Origin: Candidatus Kapaibacterium sp.
GTDB taxonomy: Bacteria > Patescibacteriota > Patescibacteriia > UBA9934
Assembly (NCBI GenBank): GCA_044350705.1
Contig: JBILHA010000001.1
Location: 177,809 to 241,808, forward strand
Reading direction: 5' to 3'
Length of the DNA: 64,000 bases
In this document: in pieces, positions 49,701-57,723 of the stretch
How the letters are laid out: every line of letters starts with the position of its first letter
How positions within the stretch are numbered: the first letter of the stretch is position 1
The notes under the pieces: generated by a model
Database searches by the model: none
Seen by the model: the letters and a program-made list of their open reading frames with translations, nothing else
What the model was told of the DNA's origin: nothing
Made by a program: the position numbers and the translations under genes

Positions 49701-51351
49701 TCTTGGGCGATTTACGCTTTCTGGATCTCCAGCTTTTACCACGTATCTCTCTTTCGGCATTACGTATTCACAGATCTCGGGAATTAGTAACAGTATTGTT
49801 GATCTTTTAGGCAATGTCATGATTGATCAGGCGGTTGCATCGTTTGATGATGAAGCGCTTCCTATCATTCGCACGGATAACGGGCATGCTCCGCGCTATG
49901 AAGATGCGAATGGTGACGGTTCAGTAGATCGCGTTCGTCTTTCCATGACGGAAGATGTACTCGTGACGTATGTTGATGCTGAATGGACTGCTTCAGCAAA
50001 TGCATTTGGTACCCTTGATGCTGTTGGTCTTTCGGGTGGTAGTGGTACGTCGACGATTTTCATTTCTCTTGAAGCTCCGAGTGAGCTTACTGGCGTTGGT
50101 TCTTCGGCTCAACCACGTATTGCGTATGCGCCAACGTCTTCGGGTATTACTGACCTTGCGGGAAATGTGGGTCGATCGCTTGCAAGTAGGGCGATGGTTG
50201 ATGCCGCCGCGCCACTTATCAAGGATCTTTTTCCTGATTTTGGTGAGAGTGCCGTTGCAACTGATAGTCTGCCGGTTATTCGCTTTACCGAACCGATGTC
50301 GACGTCGCTTGCTGATACCGTTTTCACGCTTACTCCCTCGGTGGCTGGACTTTCCGGTGTATGGAGTGAGAGTAATGCGGTTTATTCTATGACTGCAACT
50401 TCTGCGCTTGATGCTTCAACGGAATATTTCTTAGCAATTGAGAGTAATGATGTTGTGGGTAATCTCTTTGGAAATGGCATCGTTTCTTCGTTGACGGGTT
50501 CGTTCCCTTGGACATTCACCACTGCGCAAGCTCGTCGATCGGGTTCTCAAGATCTTTTGCCACTTCCTCCGCAAACTCTTTCCGTTACGGTGCATCAGCC
50601 TCTTCCTGCTCCGTTGCCGCTTGGTTATCTTCGTGCAGATCGGCCCATCATTGTAAGTTGGCGAACGACAAGTGTTTTTTCAACGCTTGCACGAGTTTCC
50701 TATCGGGTGAATGAAGGTCCTTGGGAAGTTGCTGTTGAAAATACTACGATGCCTAGTGCTATGGTTCGTCTCCCGTATGATGCGCAAGGTAACGTTGACT
50801 TCATGGTGTCGATTTATGACCTTGATCGAGTAGTTATTGAAGGATTTAGTTTGGGATATGTTGTTGGTGAAGAGGTCGAAGAAATGCCTTCTGATTATCA
50901 TATTGTTTCGTATATCAAGTCAGAAGAGTTTTCCACGATTTACGGACTTGATTCTCTCGGAGTTCGTAGGCCGTTCTTAAATGAACAAGTTTTCTTTACA
51001 TGGGCAGAGCGTTTTGATGAAGTGCACGTTCTTTCTTCCGTGGATCTTGCAGAGTATCCGATTGGATCGCCTATGCTTCCGAAGGCAGAAAGTATTTTGG
51101 TGAAGATTCAGTCTGATCCTCGGGTGTATTTCGTTGTTACTCCTGAATATCCTCAAGATCCTCCTTTGCTTCGTCATGTTCCGAACGAATTAGTTGCGCG
51201 TGAATTGTTCGGTGATGCTTGGGATCGTTCGGTGATCGATATTGAACCTACTTTCTTCACACAATTCACGCTTGGACTTCCGCTAGACGTTTCCTTTGGT
51301 GCGCGTTCGCTCTTTACTCGTGAGGATCTTTCAGCTCGTGCGCTTCGTTGA
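40723..51351 (+). CDS. Giant (3542 aa) secreted modular surface protein, putative adhesin
   Basis: Signal/TM N-terminus, two Gly-rich modules, about 21 DxDxDGxVD..FSE beta-sandwich-like modules, three SbsA/Big_5-like Ig domains and a distinct C-terminal domain. Confidence 0.85.
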   Translation: MVLFPSSFSRFSRFLKVLGGSIFILTFILLSPFWSEAAACPVTDGGVGDGDGSANGTLTINASTSWTPPATRGDFWDCTGKTVHVTGGATLTFSTVTTSGRFGYLKADNIIVDAGSAISSDGLGCSVSSPGWGFGPNVTTGICTLETTGAGRGGSGSGYSPASGSYGGLGGYGGSPSWLAGSVYGDPISPMLFGSSSGDTNYEDSGPGGGVVWLHATDTLTLDGTISARGLAGASAAAGAGSGGSILLLAQVIDGTTGALNAEGADGKSSGSGRFSGGGGGGRVSVLYGTDSSSWLGSLSPSTVVSGGLSSGGTSTAGEDGTVYKSASYDPAIAFATISDSDADYQVDTITITFDRDLDGATVAMSDFSLDGGYTITSASETSAGVVTLTVAERGYVDVERSITISLVGSVTDTMFGLSSSSDVYYAVSSTCPFFDGSPDDADLARNGSYTIAEAVQLTPSPYRLNCEGLDLVVNSTVTFAGSVSTGDYSHLRADDITLGFGGVFSATERGCQGLAQSAHEPGLDNICGASALSSGNGSSGAGGGGISQARGGGGGYGGNGGQGGSAAALAGFLGGTSYGSSTTPLLFGSTGGGTTGSRGGHAGGIVAITASGTFTWNGSILSQGGNGTGTSGSAAGGGGSGGSVYIQAATLAGSTGSVSAAGGNGYSGSSVNGGGGGGGRVAIYYGTDSTSFVSGLSAAGVAAGGTGPSAAAEGTAGSLYTSATYTAAAPEAIEGFTRDADTDGYLDAIVLLFTEDLDAASLATTDFSVTGYTITGVALTSGNVVTLSLQEGGTPDTSAIPATSIVGSISGATSGTITSGSFVMNDEAYPVAMSASYLDTNVNGAVDRVDIVFSETITFSYNSGDWTFPDAGSFNLVDTTFAVTTNTLRLTVTADAEETSSSTTPTVLYTNTANRLQDASGNFTATFPSALSISDAAAPAINAMTTGDANSDGYIDTLIFVWTENVDTNDGAPPVLADFGTITMPNGGTASSATISDPGGISNTVTLTNVTGQTNIFTGTTSVAINGITGQWSDGTNLTTNPDDSETVIDAASPIIRTDGANAPRYEDSNSDGTIDRIRLIFSENTTITYTDADWTITPNALTSADVSAVSSGSGTTTVYLTATAQSLLTGVGTGTVPTLSYAQSSGSVADATGNQLATVSGVNLVDFANPRLRTDSGNQMAYQDADANGSIDRVRLIFTEPVTITYVDANWVSVANSLTGFDVGALSSGNGTSTVYLTATTSSATTGVGAGTQPTLRFTAGSGGSIVDSASNALASIAATSLIDEALPILLTSRYRDINYNATVDRFDLTFSETMTVATCETGDYTLSGSDASGVSVASCSATGAVVELTPSGIPANDTSLTLALSYNASAGTANSLRDGAANGVASFSSVSLADATSPVPLGGVSRDVNSDGTVDRVVVSFSENVTAAHCDAADYTFSGTHASGLAISACSPSGQDISYTLTGAPVANTALSFSWTYTQAAGTANSLADDIGNVIPNVTLAVTDAAAPVIISGSYTDGNGDGTVDAVSLGFSEAVTVTYDDGDWIANARDLTGFDVTGLTSGSGTSSLVFSATSSSVTGVGALGDEPTLRYTDGAGSLTSATGETPLSISAFTLADNADPLIVSGAYQDDNGNGTVDLVVLSFTEPLDYAACEVGDFSFAGADGSGLSFSSCSAGSGVDGEFVLNGAPSLETTLDIDLSYNALAGLASSLVDSEGNALPSFSALSIDDEATPVLLSSSYQDANADGRVDRVALQFSEPVTLTYADGDWTAIANGLVSFDVTGIHSGNGSATLLLSATAMADRTGVSSISSQPQLSFTATTGSLVDAVGQAITSLSTFSVADAAAPVIISGSYVDSDSDAEVDRVQLLFTEETTINFALADWTVSSGDLTGLAISAIASGNGNALISFDASAAAELTGVGAGIEPTLTYLPVTGSVADRYANALVSSGPHSLVDAADPVLLSTNPSHSELHVDRDADVVLSFSEAMDINTFAYDISNAGVSEGITWDADERIATIDFVSTLPEETVITVEVTLATDYTGNGFSLLAGIDNPFSFTTAGAIINPVLTSGSTRDTDNDGKIDAIVLSIDQDINGLTVAAADFTVTGYTISSASRTASGQITLVLTEGGSLDTDARPVVQVVGSVDGVSSGFLTSGSITPADGAAPLVVSGAYKDSNADGTVDRVEVLFSEPLSYSACEYSDFSFGGADGAGFSVNGCAAGSGDYGVFALAGAPSGDTSLTLTFSYTASLGTTNSLDDAADNALPTFSALALADEALPARLSSAYQDANADGTVDRVELVFSEAVTLTYADADWTATAHGLTGFDVTGIASGNGTDTLYLTATASAHVTGIAEEASQPTLAFTATTGSLVDGEGSALSSLTTFVLLDDAAPVLRSDIESVYRDTSGNGVVDRVVLRFTEDVNATYDAVDWAVTENDLAGLTITSASAGWASTVSLTATADGVQTGVGLGAEPGIAFSPALGQIVDRSGNVVSAFSRTLVDDASPLLVSSSPLHGATGVALDTNIVLSFSETMDINNFSFSLSEVVAGESLGWNAAEDEITIEYADNFEYETEYTVSLLAAPDLAGNALGGALIGSANPFSFTTLSIVVHPVLTSGSTRDTDNDGKIDAIVLSIDQDINGLTVASSDFSVTGYTISSASRTASGEITLVLTEGGSLDTDARPAVQVVGSVDGASSGFLTSGSITPADGAAPLVVSGAYKDSNADGTVDRVEVLFSEPLSYGACEYGDFSFGGADGAGVSVASCGSGDDAYGIFILSGTPSNDTSLELTFTYAASAGTANSLDDAADNALPSFSALALADEALPARLSSAYQDANADGTVDRVELVFSEAVTLTYADADWTVTAHGLAGFDVTGIASGNGTDTLYLSAMASANTTGIGEEDSQPTLAFTATTGSLVALVGGSALPALSSFYLSDEAAPRMISGSYFDENADARVDAMDILFTEPVDVPFCESEDYAFTGDDVGSLVVITCPGESASLGRFTLSGSPAFTTYLSFGITYSQISGISNSIVDLLGNVMIDQAVASFDDEALPIIRTDNGHAPRYEDANGDGSVDRVRLSMTEDVLVTYVDAEWTASANAFGTLDAVGLSGGSGTSTIFISLEAPSELTGVGSSAQPRIAYAPTSSGITDLAGNVGRSLASRAMVDAAAPLIKDLFPDFGESAVATDSLPVIRFTEPMSTSLADTVFTLTPSVAGLSGVWSESNAVYSMTATSALDASTEYFLAIESNDVVGNLFGNGIVSSLTGSFPWTFTTAQARRSGSQDLLPLPPQTLSVTVHQPLPAPLPLGYLRADRPIIVSWRTTSVFSTLARVSYRVNEGPWEVAVENTTMPSAMVRLPYDAQGNVDFMVSIYDLDRVVIEGFSLGYVVGEEVEEMPSDYHIVSYIKSEEFSTIYGLDSLGVRRPFLNEQVFFTWAERFDEVHVLSSVDLAEYPIGSPMLPKAESILVKIQSDPRVYFVVTPEYPQDPPLLRHVPNELVARELFGDAWDRSVIDIEPTFFTQFTLGLPLDVSFGARSLFTREDLSARALR
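46915..49462 (+). repeat. Intragenic direct repeat of about 915 bp (46915-47830 and 48547-49462, offset 1632 bp)
   Basis: Long runs of identical DNA and near-identical protein (PVLTSGSTRDTDNDGKID...TATTGSLV). Confidence 0.9.
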
Positions 51352-51423
51352 GGAGTTCCTTGAAACTGTTGTCATTTTTTTGCATTTCAGGCACACTCTG
51401 AACGATTATCTTTATTGGATTGT

Positions 51424-54090
51424 ATGGGTTTTTTGAGCAAGATTTTTCCAGATGCAAATACGCGTGTCGTTCAATCGCTTAAAAAAGAGGTTGATCGCAT
51501 GAATGCTCTTGAAGAGGGGATTCAATCGCTTTCAGATGAGGCCTTGCGTGCAAAAACCGCAGAGTTTAAGACGCGTCTTGCGGAAGGGGAAAAGCTTGAT
51601 GCCATTCTTTCCGAAGCTTTTGCAGTATGCCGTGAAGCGGCTCGTCGGACGCTTGGACAGCGCCATTATGATGTGCAGCTCATGGGAGGTCTTGTTTTGC
51701 ATAAGGGTGGTATTGCGGAAATGCGCACGGGTGAAGGAAAGACGCTTACCGCTACTGCGGCCGTGTATGCCAATGCGCTCGTAGGAAAAGGTGTACATGT
51801 GATTACCGTGAACGATTATCTTGCAAAACGTGATGCTGCATGGATGGGTCGCGTTTTCCATTTTCTTGGTCTTTCCACGGGCTGTATCCAGCATGAAAGC
51901 GGGTATGTTTTTGATGAAGCATTTCGTGCCCCAGAGCAAACACAAGAAGAAAAGGAAGCTGCAGCTGAGAAGAGTGGCTATAAGGTGCAGATGGATTTCT
52001 TGCGCCCTTGTGCGCGTAAGGAGGCGTATGCTGCAGATATTACGTACGGAACGAATAATGAATTTGGTTTTGACTACCTTCGCGATAACATGGCTCAGAC
52101 TGCAGAGGCGATGGTGCAGCGTGGTCTTCATTTCGCTATTGTTGATGAAGTTGACTCTATTTTGATCGATGAAGCGCGCACGCCGCTCATTATTTCTGCC
52201 CCTGCTGAGGAATCTTCAGATACGTATTATCGCTTTGCAGAAATTGCAAAGACGCTTATTGCAGGAGAAGACTATAATGTTGATGAAAAGCTTCGCACGG
52301 CAACGTATACCGAAGCTGGTCTTCAAAAAGTTGAGCGTGCGCTGGGGGTTGAGAATTTGTATGAAACGGGGTTGCAAAACGTCCACCACGCCGAGCAGGC
52401 GCTTCGTGCGCAGGCGCTCTTTCATGTTGATAAAGAGTATGTCGTGCGTAATGCTGAAGTCATGATTGTTGATGAATTTACGGGACGTCTCATGGAAGGT
52501 CGTCGGTATTCGGAGGGTCTTCACCAGGCGATTGAGGCGAAAGAAGGGGTGAAGATTCAGCGTGAAAGCAAGACGCTTGCCACGATTACCTTCCAGAATT
52601 ATTTCCGTTTGTATGAGAAGCTTTCGGGAATGACCGGTACTGCAGCAACAGAGGCAGAAGAATTTTCTAAGATTTATAGTTTAGAAGTGACGCAGATTCC
52701 TACCCATCGTGAGAATAAGCGTACCGATCACTCGGATAAAATTTTCCGCAATGAAAAGGGGAAGTGGATGGCAGTCGTAAAAGAGGTGAAGGCGCGTCAT
52801 GAAAAGGGACAGCCGGTACTTATTGGTACGGTTTCTATCGATAAAAATCAGTTGTTATCACAGGCGCTGACTGCGGCAGGTATTCCGCATAAGATGCTTA
52901 ACGCAAAGAACCACGAACAAGAAGCTGAGATTATTGCGCAGGCTGGTCGGCGTGGTGCGGTGACGCTTGCGACCAACATGGCAGGACGTGGTGTCGATAT
53001 TTTGCTCGGCGGAAACCCGCAGGATGCGGAAGAAGCAGCTGCGGTACGTGCACTTGGCGGACTCTTTGTTATTGGTACAGAACGACATGAGAGTCGTCGC
53101 ATTGACAACCAGCTTCGGGGTCGTGCGGGACGCCAGGGAGATCCGGGAGAAACGCAATTCTTCGTGTCGCTCGATGATGATCTCATGCGCATTTTCGGAT
53201 CGGATCGTATTAAGGGCATGATGCAGTCTTTGGGTATTCCCGATGATGAGCCTATTGTGAGCGGTATGGTGACGCGTTCGCTTGAGAAGGCGCAGCAGCG
53301 TGTTGAGGGTCATCATTTCGATACGCGTAAGCATGTCTTGCAATACGACGATGTGCTTAATAAACACCGTCTTGCGATTTATGCAGAGCGTCGCGGTTTG
53401 GTTACAGGTGAGCGTGCAGATGCGCATGAGGAAGTGATGCGTATGATCGAGGGGGAGATTGAACGCGTGGTTCTTTTCCATACGAGCGCTGAAAAAACGG
53501 ATATTCCGCAAGAATTTTCTGAAGAAGGGAAGCTTGCAGAAGGAGATTGGAATCCAAAGGAACTCATTGAAACTTTCAATACTATTGTTCCCCTCACCGA
53601 AGAAGAGAAGATTGCGTTACAGGCAGCGCTTCCAGAGGTTTCTCAAGATAAAGAAAAGCTTCTGCAGGATCGTACGAAGATTATCGAAGAGATGCTTTCG
53701 ATTGTTCGTGTTCGGCTTGTAAAATCAATTGAAGAGTTTGGTGACGAAGAAAAGGTGCGACGCTTGGAGCGAGGATTACTCTTACGTGCGATTGATGGAG
53801 CATGGATGCGTCATTTGGAAGATATGACGTATCTTCGTCGCACGATTGGACTCCAGGGATATGCGCAGCGTGATCCACTCGTGGAGTATAAGAAGGAAGC
53901 ATTCCGTTTGTATGCAGCGCTTCGTGAAGATGTTGCAAAGGAAGTGGTCTACAATGTCGTGAAACTTCTTTCTCAAGCAGCAAGTGCTCAAAAGTTTCTT
54001 GCAGCCGCTCCTGATTTGCTGAAGCAAGCAGCAAAGATGTTTGGAGGAAAGAATGGTACGAGCGGAAGCAGCGGTGTTGTGGGGGGATAA
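51424..54090 (+). CDS. secA: Preprotein translocase ATPase SecA
   Basis: EMRTGEGKT, NEFGFDYLRD, DEVDSILIDEARTPLIIS, ATNMAGRG, QLRGRAGRQGDPG, DPLVEYK. Confidence 0.98.
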   Translation: MGFLSKIFPDANTRVVQSLKKEVDRMNALEEGIQSLSDEALRAKTAEFKTRLAEGEKLDAILSEAFAVCREAARRTLGQRHYDVQLMGGLVLHKGGIAEMRTGEGKTLTATAAVYANALVGKGVHVITVNDYLAKRDAAWMGRVFHFLGLSTGCIQHESGYVFDEAFRAPEQTQEEKEAAAEKSGYKVQMDFLRPCARKEAYAADITYGTNNEFGFDYLRDNMAQTAEAMVQRGLHFAIVDEVDSILIDEARTPLIISAPAEESSDTYYRFAEIAKTLIAGEDYNVDEKLRTATYTEAGLQKVERALGVENLYETGLQNVHHAEQALRAQALFHVDKEYVVRNAEVMIVDEFTGRLMEGRRYSEGLHQAIEAKEGVKIQRESKTLATITFQNYFRLYEKLSGMTGTAATEAEEFSKIYSLEVTQIPTHRENKRTDHSDKIFRNEKGKWMAVVKEVKARHEKGQPVLIGTVSIDKNQLLSQALTAAGIPHKMLNAKNHEQEAEIIAQAGRRGAVTLATNMAGRGVDILLGGNPQDAEEAAAVRALGGLFVIGTERHESRRIDNQLRGRAGRQGDPGETQFFVSLDDDLMRIFGSDRIKGMMQSLGIPDDEPIVSGMVTRSLEKAQQRVEGHHFDTRKHVLQYDDVLNKHRLAIYAERRGLVTGERADAHEEVMRMIEGEIERVVLFHTSAEKTDIPQEFSEEGKLAEGDWNPKELIETFNTIVPLTEEEKIALQAALPEVSQDKEKLLQDRTKIIEEMLSIVRVRLVKSIEEFGDEEKVRRLERGLLLRAIDGAWMRHLEDMTYLRRTIGLQGYAQRDPLVEYKKEAFRLYAALREDVAKEVVYNVVKLLSQAASAQKFLAAAPDLLKQAAKMFGGKNGTSGSSGVVGG

Positions 54091-54275
54091 AGATAAGGAA
54101 AATCCCAACGTGAGAAGGGATTTTTCTTTGAAGAGAGAAAAAATTCAAGGTTCACCTGAAATTCTCACGTTCTTTGAAGAGCTTGTGCAGATACTGGAAA
54201 ACGATAAACAGCGACTCTTTCCCCGCTAGGAACTTTCTCCTATACTCCAGGACGTTCTTATTCCTTTTTCGAGCT

Positions 54276-54623
54276 ATGCAATCCATCCATGAAATTTATT
54301 CTCGTTTAAAATTAAAGAAGGCTGAGCGAAAAGATTTGAAAACCTCTTTTCAGGATGCGCTTAAAAATCATGCTCGTTATCAGCAGGTACTCGAAGAGAT
54401 GATGAAATTGAAAATTGAAAAGAAGGCGATTGAGAATGAGATTCTTGCTACTGAGATGGACAAAGCCAAGCTCGAGGAATTGAATGTGGATATTAAGACA
54501 GATACCGAGCTTATCTCTGATCTCGCACTTACCATGTATGTTTCAGGAGAGCCTGTGGAAATTACCGATGATTATAATGTGCGCTGGGTTCCTGCTTTCC
54601 GTGTAACCTTTAAAAAGAGCTAA
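54276..54623 (+). CDS. Hypothetical coiled-coil protein
   Basis: 115-aa ORF preceded by a TATACT -10 element and followed by a terminator. Confidence 0.75.
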   Translation: MQSIHEIYSRLKLKKAERKDLKTSFQDALKNHARYQQVLEEMMKLKIEKKAIENEILATEMDKAKLEELNVDIKTDTELISDLALTMYVSGEPVEITDDYNVRWVPAFRVTFKKS

Positions 54624-54630
54624 ACATTAG

Positions 54631-54660
54631 CGAAAAAAGAGCATGCATGCTCTTTTTTCG
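54631..54660. terminator. Perfect 30-bp palindrome terminator
   Basis: CGAAAAAAGAGCATG|CATGCTCTTTTTTCG. Confidence 0.75.
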
Positions 54661-54723
54661 TTTCTTTTTCCCGAGTAACTATTCCCCTTTTCTCCGGGTT
54701 TCATATAGAATGCTTCCTAAACT

Positions 54724-56757
54724 ATGACTACGTACGATGCTCAACGCGTCCGAGAAAAGCGCAGAAATGCCTTTATTGCCTCGGGAATACTCGTTCTTTC
54801 TCTTATTGCTTGGCTTGGAAGTTATCCTCAGCCCTACAATGCTTTTGCCGGTTGGGTCGAAGGATCTACGGGACTCTCACTCCCGCGCGTTTCTGAACAG
54901 CCGCTTACGCTTGGTCTTGATCTCCAAGGGGGGGTGCATTTGACCTATGGTGCTGACATGACGAATGTTGCCGAGGCTGACCGAGCTGAGGCTTTGGAGG
55001 GAGTTCGTGATGTGATTGAGCGCAGGGTTAATGCTTTTGGTGTTGTGGAGCCTGTGGTGCAGTCTACCGCTTCCAATGGTTATCGAGTGATTGTTGATTT
55101 GCCAGGAGTGACAAACGCTACCGAGGCGGTTGCGCAAATCGGAGAAACGCCTGTGCTTGAATTTAAAGTTCCTCGAGAAGATTTTTCATTTGAACCTACC
55201 TCCGAAGATCAGGCTGTTGTTGATGCGGCTCAGCCTGCTGAGCGTACGGCTGCTTTAGCGGTGCTTGATCAGGCGCTTGCGCGTGATGCGGACTTTTCTT
55301 CGCTTGCAAACCAATATTCAATTGATGCGTCTACCAAAGAGCAGGGGGGATATGTTGGTTTTATTGCTGCTGATGATCCAGAGTTCGGTGGCCTTGCAGA
55401 ACGCATTGCTTCTGACCGCTTGCGCCCAGGAGTTATTGATGGGCTTTACGAAGGGACATCACGCATGCATGTCGTAAATTATCTTGGTTCACGCGATGAG
55501 ACCGAGGTACAGAGCGCCCACATTCTTATTTGTTATTTTGGCGCAAAGGGTTGTGCGAGCGAGATGTCACGCGATGAAGCTCGTGCTTTGGCAGACGAAG
55601 TTCAGGGTCAGGCGACGAGTAGGAATTTTGCTGATCTTGCAAAACAGTATTCTACTGATCCTGGGAGTGCCTCTGAAGGAGGGGATCTTGGGTGGGTGAA
55701 GGCAGGGCAGATGATTGAGGTATTCGAAGATTCACTTTTCGCTCTCCGTGATGGGCGTATTTCTGAAGTCGTAGAGACGGAGTTTGGTTTTCATATCATT
55801 TATCGCGTAGATAGTCGCACAACGAAAGCCTACGAGATTGCGCATATCGAAATGCCCTGGACCACGCTTTCTGATGTTGTTGCGGTTGATCCATGGGAGA
55901 ATACTGAGCTCTCCGGGAAGCATGTCCGCAATGCTGCGGTGGCGATAGACCCTGTTACGCAGCGCCCCTATGTTGCTATTGAATTTAACGAAGAAGGGGG
56001 CGCGTTATTTGAGCAGATCACAACTGACCATATCGGTGAAGTTATTGGTATTTTCCTTGATGGGGAGCCTATTACGACGCCCGTGGTTCAGCAGACTATT
56101 TATCGGGGTACCCCTGCAAGTATTACCGGTGATTTCACCACGAATGACGCGAAGCTTCTTGCTCAGCGTTTGACCGCGGGAGCTCTTCCGGTTCCTATTG
56201 CCCTTGAATCTCAGCAAACTATTGGACCTACTTTAGGGCTTGCATCGCTTGATATGAGCGTTAAGGCGGGATTGCTCGGTTTTGTGCTGATCGCCGTATT
56301 TATGGTGGCGTACTATCGTCTTCCCGGTCTCTTTGCCACCTTTGCTCTGGCTATTTATGCGGGTTTAAACCTTGTACTTTACAAAGTTTTCGGGGTGACG
56401 ATTACGTTGGCGGGTATTGCTGGTCTCGTGCTTTCCATGGGTATTGCGGTTGATGCGAATGTGCTCGTGTATGAGCGTCTCAAGGAGGAATTGCGTGCTG
56501 GCCGCGATCTTCCTTCGGCACTTGAGGAAGCGTATCGTCGTGCATGGCCTTCGATTCGAGATGGGAATTTCACTACCCTTATCGCGACTATTGTTTTGTA
56601 CTTCATGAGTACGGGGTTCATTCGCGGTTTTGCGCTTACGCTCACGATTGGTGTATTGCTTTCCATGTTTACTGCTCTTACGGTTACGCGCGGCATGCTT
56701 CGTTTAGTTGCTCGCTCTAAAGCTTTCCGGAAAAAGATCTTCTTCCTTGGACTCTAA
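54724..56757 (+). CDS. secD: Protein translocase subunit SecD with inserted parvulin PPIase domains
   Basis: LGLDLQGG, IERRVNAFGV.EP, AGALP, IGPTLG, GIAVDANVLVYER; insert contains HILI, FADLAKQYSTD, GGDLGW and ETEFGFHII. Confidence 0.93.
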   Translation: MTTYDAQRVREKRRNAFIASGILVLSLIAWLGSYPQPYNAFAGWVEGSTGLSLPRVSEQPLTLGLDLQGGVHLTYGADMTNVAEADRAEALEGVRDVIERRVNAFGVVEPVVQSTASNGYRVIVDLPGVTNATEAVAQIGETPVLEFKVPREDFSFEPTSEDQAVVDAAQPAERTAALAVLDQALARDADFSSLANQYSIDASTKEQGGYVGFIAADDPEFGGLAERIASDRLRPGVIDGLYEGTSRMHVVNYLGSRDETEVQSAHILICYFGAKGCASEMSRDEARALADEVQGQATSRNFADLAKQYSTDPGSASEGGDLGWVKAGQMIEVFEDSLFALRDGRISEVVETEFGFHIIYRVDSRTTKAYEIAHIEMPWTTLSDVVAVDPWENTELSGKHVRNAAVAIDPVTQRPYVAIEFNEEGGALFEQITTDHIGEVIGIFLDGEPITTPVVQQTIYRGTPASITGDFTTNDAKLLAQRLTAGALPVPIALESQQTIGPTLGLASLDMSVKAGLLGFVLIAVFMVAYYRLPGLFATFALAIYAGLNLVLYKVFGVTITLAGIAGLVLSMGIAVDANVLVYERLKEELRAGRDLPSALEEAYRRAWPSIRDGNFTTLIATIVLYFMSTGFIRGFALTLTIGVLLSMFTALTVTRGMLRLVARSKAFRKKIFFLGL

Positions 56758-56761
56758 TTGT

Positions 56762-57658
56762 ATGAAGTCTCTTAATATCATGCGTCTTAGTACGCTTTGG
56801 CTCAGTCTTTCTGGAGTTATCGTTGCCGCATCTCTTGCTGCATTCATGTTTTTTGGCCTGAACTACGGGGTAGATTTTACGGGAGGTGCTCTTCTTGAGC
56901 TTAACGTGCCCTCGCTTTCTTCCCCTGAGGAACTTCGGGGACATCTTGAATCCTCAGGGTTTGCGGAAATCAAGGTGCAAGAGGGTGAGGGAGACCGGGT
57001 ATTTGTACGAGCAGGGCAGCTTTCTGAAGATGAGCATCAGCGTTTGCTCGCCGAGGTTCAGTCACGCTATGCAGATGCGTCTGAAGTGCAATATACGTTT
57101 GTAGGTCCTTCTGTGGGTTCTGAGCTTCGCCGTTCAGCCACGATCGCTATCGGTGTTCTCTTGGTACTTATTGCTTTGTATGTTGCCTGGGCGTTTCGTA
57201 ATGTGGGAGAAAAAGTTTCTGCATGGAAATTTGGTACGATTACGCTGCTTACTGCCGCGCATGACGTCATTGTTCCTCTTGGGGTTTTTGCAGTTCTGGG
57301 GCGCGTGTGGGGATATCAAATTGATACGGCATTTGTAGCGGCTATTCTCACTATTCTTGGCTACTCCATTAATGATACGATTGTAGTTTTCGATCGTACG
57401 CGTGAGCATTTAGCGGCAAAGCGTACCGGGGAGTCTTTCCGAGAACTGGTAAACAAAAGCGTTAATGAAACGATGGGTCGCTCCATTAACACGACGCTTG
57501 CGGTACTCCTTCCTCTCTTGGCGATTTTCTTTGTTGGGGGCGAATCTACGCGTCCTTTTGTTCTTGCGCTGATCGTTGGAGTTGCGGCGGGAGCATATTC
57601 TTCTCTTTTTCTTGCAAGTCCTCTCTTGGTTCTTTGGCAGGAAAAGACGACGAAATAA
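56762..57658 (+). CDS. secF: Protein translocase subunit SecF
   Basis: GVDFTGG, VGPSVG.EL, HDV, GYSINDTIVVFDR.RE, RSINT. Confidence 0.95.
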   Translation: MKSLNIMRLSTLWLSLSGVIVAASLAAFMFFGLNYGVDFTGGALLELNVPSLSSPEELRGHLESSGFAEIKVQEGEGDRVFVRAGQLSEDEHQRLLAEVQSRYADASEVQYTFVGPSVGSELRRSATIAIGVLLVLIALYVAWAFRNVGEKVSAWKFGTITLLTAAHDVIVPLGVFAVLGRVWGYQIDTAFVAAILTILGYSINDTIVVFDRTREHLAAKRTGESFRELVNKSVNETMGRSINTTLAVLLPLLAIFFVGGESTRPFVLALIVGVAAGAYSSLFLASPLLVLWQEKTTK

Positions 57659-57723
57659 AGAAATACTGAATACCGGAAAACCTCATAACACGACCGAAGG
57701 GTCGTGTTATGCTATATAGCGAT

